A DNA stretch of 63,109 nt, the filler included, from Globobulimina sp. (lineage: Eukaryota), in NCBI GenBank assembly GCA_003354225.1. It is 46 parts of 46 records of this genome, joined end to end, with 100 filler letters (N's around TTAATTAATTAA, not from the genome) between each part and the next. Parts side by side here need not be neighbours in the genome. Positions count along the whole stretch, not along the records: positions 59,091 to 60,363 come from PIVH01019656.1; positions 60,464 to 61,736 come from PIVH01019657.1; positions 61,837 to 63,109 come from PIVH01019658.1; 43 more parts are not named here. One strand, 5' to 3'. Below the pieces are notes generated by a model, which saw only the letters and a program-made list of their open reading frames with translations, had not been told where the DNA came from and made no database searches. This document shows positions 59,594-63,109 of the stretch, in pieces (within the stretch, counting starts at the first letter, position 1; each line of letters begins with the position of its first letter). The translations under genes and the position numbers were made by a program.

Positions 59594-60363
59594 ATGTCCA
59601 ACAACCCCCAAGACTCTTTATCAAACGACATGTATAACGGTGAATTATTTAAACGCGGGAAGATAAATAAAAACTGGAAACAACGACATTTTACAGTTTA
59701 CCGCAATGCACAACGTATTGAATATTATGCATCCGCACAGGATGCAGCTCAAAAAAAAGACGTTTGTGGCACTATTAATTTATCGAATGCCAGCAACATA
59801 GAGGTGTTATCCGGATATGATCTAACATTAATAAATCAATTACCAGAATATATTGACCATAATGACAAATTAAAAAGCAACAAACATTTTACATTTCAAT
59901 TAGTGCTTAATAGTCGAACATATGTCTTTGCTGCCTTGGACCAATCGCAATTTTTTGAGTGGATAAACTATTTACAATCATGTTTGTATGGAGGCATTGT
60001 CAAACAAGGATGGTTAAAGAAATTAGGCGCAGTGAAAAAAAATTGGAAGAAGAGATATTTTGTACTGAATCAGTATCAACAGATGAAATACTTTGAGGAT
60101 ACACAAAAAGCAAAGTTATTGGGACTCATTGATTGCACCAAAATATTGTCAGTTACAAATGGCAAATATTATTCCAATGAGTTGCGATATACTTTAGAAT
60201 TAAACACAAAAGCAAGAAATTGGATCATTTCGGCACAGGATAAGCAGCAAAGAGTTAATATATTTGTCGCATATCCATGTACATAGACATATGATTGATA
60301 TAAATATGAATGAACAGTTGGAATGGGCGCGGTTCATAAATGCGTTGAAAAGCGCAGATTGGA
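59594..60363 (+). CDS. Tandem PH-domain protein (intron 60254-60317), 3' partial
   Basis: GELFKRGKINKNWKQRHF...EWI and KQGWLKKLGAVKKNWKKRYFVL...QQR|LEWARFI. Confidence 0.9.
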
Positions 60364-60821
60364 NNNNNNNNNNNNNNNNNNNNNNNNNNNNNNNNNNNNN
60401 NNNNNNNTTAATTAATTAANNNNNNNNNNNNNNNNNNNNNNNNNNNNNNNNNNNNNNNNNNNNCCCCCCCGGAGCCCCCTCGGCCAAAAACTGTGTTTTC
60501 GGAAACGTTACTCTGCCTCGACAACGAAAAAGTTGCATATGAATAATATACTATTATTGCATCAACATTATTTATTAAATATACCACTAATTTCGAGGAG
60601 TCGATATCCTTTGTTTCCTCTTTGCTTACCGCAGAATAGGTTGTATAGTAAGAATCAGCAGTATTGTTCATTAGATTACAAAAACTATCTGTAGTGTTTT
60701 CAGAAACGATCGATGGTTGAGTGCAAGGTCGGATTTATCAATTAAAAAAACAACGACTTGAGGAATAATTTTATTTAATACCAAATATTTGTAATTGATT
60801 TGGTATTAACATACACACTTT

Positions 60822-61724
60822 TTATTGATAAAATGTTTGGTTGCATTTCTGTGGGAACCATGGTTCCAAAATCAATGTAGCCAACAAGGGAACCAATAGC
60901 ATCAATCCGTTGTCATCAATATGTGGTATGGATGGTTTTTCCGCAATGATAGCAATTGGTGGCATAATAATAGCTAACCACCATGGCGTGCCACACCATA
61001 AAAAACATAAAATCCAAATCACAAACAAGACAAAATATGCTATTAAATACATGAGCCATGCTTTCATTTGTCCGGTGCGCACATATTGCTTTAGCTCACC
61101 TAACAATGGGTCGCCAAAACCTAATGACCATATGATTGGAATAGCCATTTGACCAAAACATGCAAATGCTTCGCTTCCTTTTGTTTTATTGTTGGCATCC
61201 ATTGTTATGACGGGAGCAATGCTATATGTCCGCGGAAACGCTAACAATAAAACGATGAATGCACTGATTGAGCCCCATGCTTGTGCTGAAATGTGATCCC
61301 GTTCATATTCTCGACATCCAAACATAATCCAGCCTTTTTTAAGTCGTATACATTCTAAAAGTATTGCTAAAAATATTAAAAAGGACATTAGTTTTGATAC
61401 AGTAATTCCAATGCCATCGGCAATTGCTGGTGCAAACCATATGTATAGTATTGGTATAATAGAAAACATAGAAACATGATATATGCGACGAAGTCGATGC
61501 GCATTTGCTGTATAAAATTGGTCTTTTTCTTCGACTACTTCAGTTTCAATGTCCGTGTCGTTGTCATTATTGCTATTCTTATCAGTGTTATTTAGTTGTA
61601 TTTCTATATTTTGCTGGCTATTTTCGTTCGATTCCACAGCTGTATGTGTGGCTGTTGTGTCCCCAGCTGGCACTCCTTTATCAGTGCTTGGCGATGACGC
61701 CTTCGTGTCAATGTCATCTGCCAT
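60822..61724 (-). CDS. CTP-dependent lipid kinase family protein (Dgk1/phytol/dolichol kinase-like)
   Basis: RRIYH, REYE, GFGDP, IDDN; multi-pass membrane. Confidence 0.7.
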   Translation of the reverse strand: MADDIDTKASSPSTDKGVPAGDTTATHTAVESNENSQQNIEIQLNNTDKNSNNDNDTDIETEVVEEKDQFYTANAHRLRRIYHVSMFSIIPILYIWFAPAIADGIGITVSKLMSFLIFLAILLECIRLKKGWIMFGCREYERDHISAQAWGSISAFIVLLLAFPRTYSIAPVITMDANNKTKGSEAFACFGQMAIPIIWSLGFGDPLLGELKQYVRTGQMKAWLMYLIAYFVLFVIWILCFLWCGTPWWLAIIMPPIAIIAEKPSIPHIDDNGLMLLVPLLATLILEPWFPQKCNQTFYQ

Positions 61725-61836
61725 AATGTTGTATTTNNNNNNNNNNNNNNNNNNNNNNNNNNNNNNNNNNNNNNNNNNNNTTAATTAATTAANNNNNNNN
61801 NNNNNNNNNNNNNNNNNNNNNNNNNNNNNNNNNNNN

Positions 61837-63109
61837 TGACAATATTTGAGCTAAAACAGTCCATTTTTGAGTTTCTATTTCATATATTTTTATATCCTGC
61901 AAATCCTGGATAAATAAATGCGAATTATTATTACATAAACAAGGCTTCCAGCCATCAAATAGTAAATCAGTAATAACATATGTAATATCACTCAAATTTA
62001 GTATCAATAACACATCAAAATATTCATCCACAGCATACAACACGTCTTTTATTTGTGTGCCAGTTTCATAATTATAAGATTTAGCATTAGCCCATAATGT
62101 TGTATTTGCAAATTCTTCTTCTTGAGAAGCTCTGTAATATAATACATTGCCGTAATAACCTTCGAAAACATACATTCTCCCATCCCAATATCCAGCAATC
62201 GGCCAATTTACAGCCACATCAAATTCTCGTTGTTGAATGAAACATGATGTACTATCTGTTTTTATTTGTGCCATGCTGTAATAAGTTGGTATATCAATTG
62301 TAATCGAAATATTTGTAATTGTCGCATCGAGCGAGTCATCATTACCATATTTAGCAATATACACTGAATAAGTATTATTGTTTAATGCTGTGGACAGTGA
62401 TGGATTATAATAAATGAATTCTGTGTTACTATCAACAGAAACAATATCATTAAATATCATCCCTCCATCTTGTGTACGTTTGATAGTTATCGAATGATAC
62501 GTATTATCGGATGGTATTAAAATATCCGCACCCAAAATATTGACATTTGCACTGTTATAACCACTAAAATTAAGATAATTTTGTTTAGTATCCATGGATA
62601 ACGACAATAGCTCCAACGTATCATTACCAACACTGAGTATATCGTAGTAATTGCCATACGACATAGAAGTGATAGAACGTATTTTTATGTCGAATGTGAT
62701 TTCAAACTTATTTGTAATCAATAAATTGGGCAAAACCACCGTTTCTGACAAATCATAAACATCTTCAAAATGATATGTAAAATGAGTCGGCGCTTTGCTT
62801 GTGTCATCGCTGCAGGATTCTGTATAGAACTGCTGCAGTTTAAAGTGGATATTACAAGATCTTGTGGCCAGACAATGGTGGCATTAAAACATGATTGATA
62901 TCCGCTGCAAACAATGGTGCAATCTCTGTTATGCGTTGGGCAATAAATAACTGCGCCGTAACATTCATAGTCAGCGTCACATTCAAATACATATTCTTCA
63001 ACACTTTGTGTTGGTGGTAATGGGAAATGAGCAGCTTCGCAAGCACTGTATCCATTGCATATAATGTTTCCGGTGCCCTTCATATACGAATCCCGGCATG
63101 ATTCAGTTC
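61837..63109 (-). CDS. Fragment of a large extracellular protein (Cys-rich repeats, then beta-rich region), frame break near 62720-62800
   Basis: CNGYSAC, CDADYEC and CSGYQSC repeats, followed by a second long ORF. Confidence 0.4.

Noticed and set aside
1276-61836. Regularly spaced TTAATTAATTAA flanked by N runs, superficially an array or CRISPR
   Set aside because: Artificial six-frame-stop linker; ORF ends such as XXX-LIN are artefacts of it

Overview
This window is not a continuous locus. It is 46 unrelated contigs of 1273-1275 bp, sorted by length and joined by an artificial 100-nt linker (44 N + TTAATTAATTAA + 44 N), so adjacency across linkers means nothing. Most contigs look like an AT-rich microbial eukaryote with short (~50-70 nt) GT-AG introns and tightly packed, often head-to-head genes. 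A rhizarian/foraminiferan-like source is a guess only. Mixed in are one prokaryotic multi-PAS fragment, up to three virus-like fragments, and LINE, DIRS and Polinton-type mobile element pieces. The most notable item is an intron-containing gene that fuses histone H2B to H2A in one protein with an acidic tail (31757-32521). Other items of interest: a histone 3' stem-loop followed directly by AATAAA; a Polinton-type integrase whose catalytic motif is split by an intron; a class I hyaluronan-synthase-like gene; Pol II CTD-like heptads on a beta-helix protein; and diverged paralogs 58 bp apart, head-to-head. All family calls are by-eye motif recognition; no searches were run.
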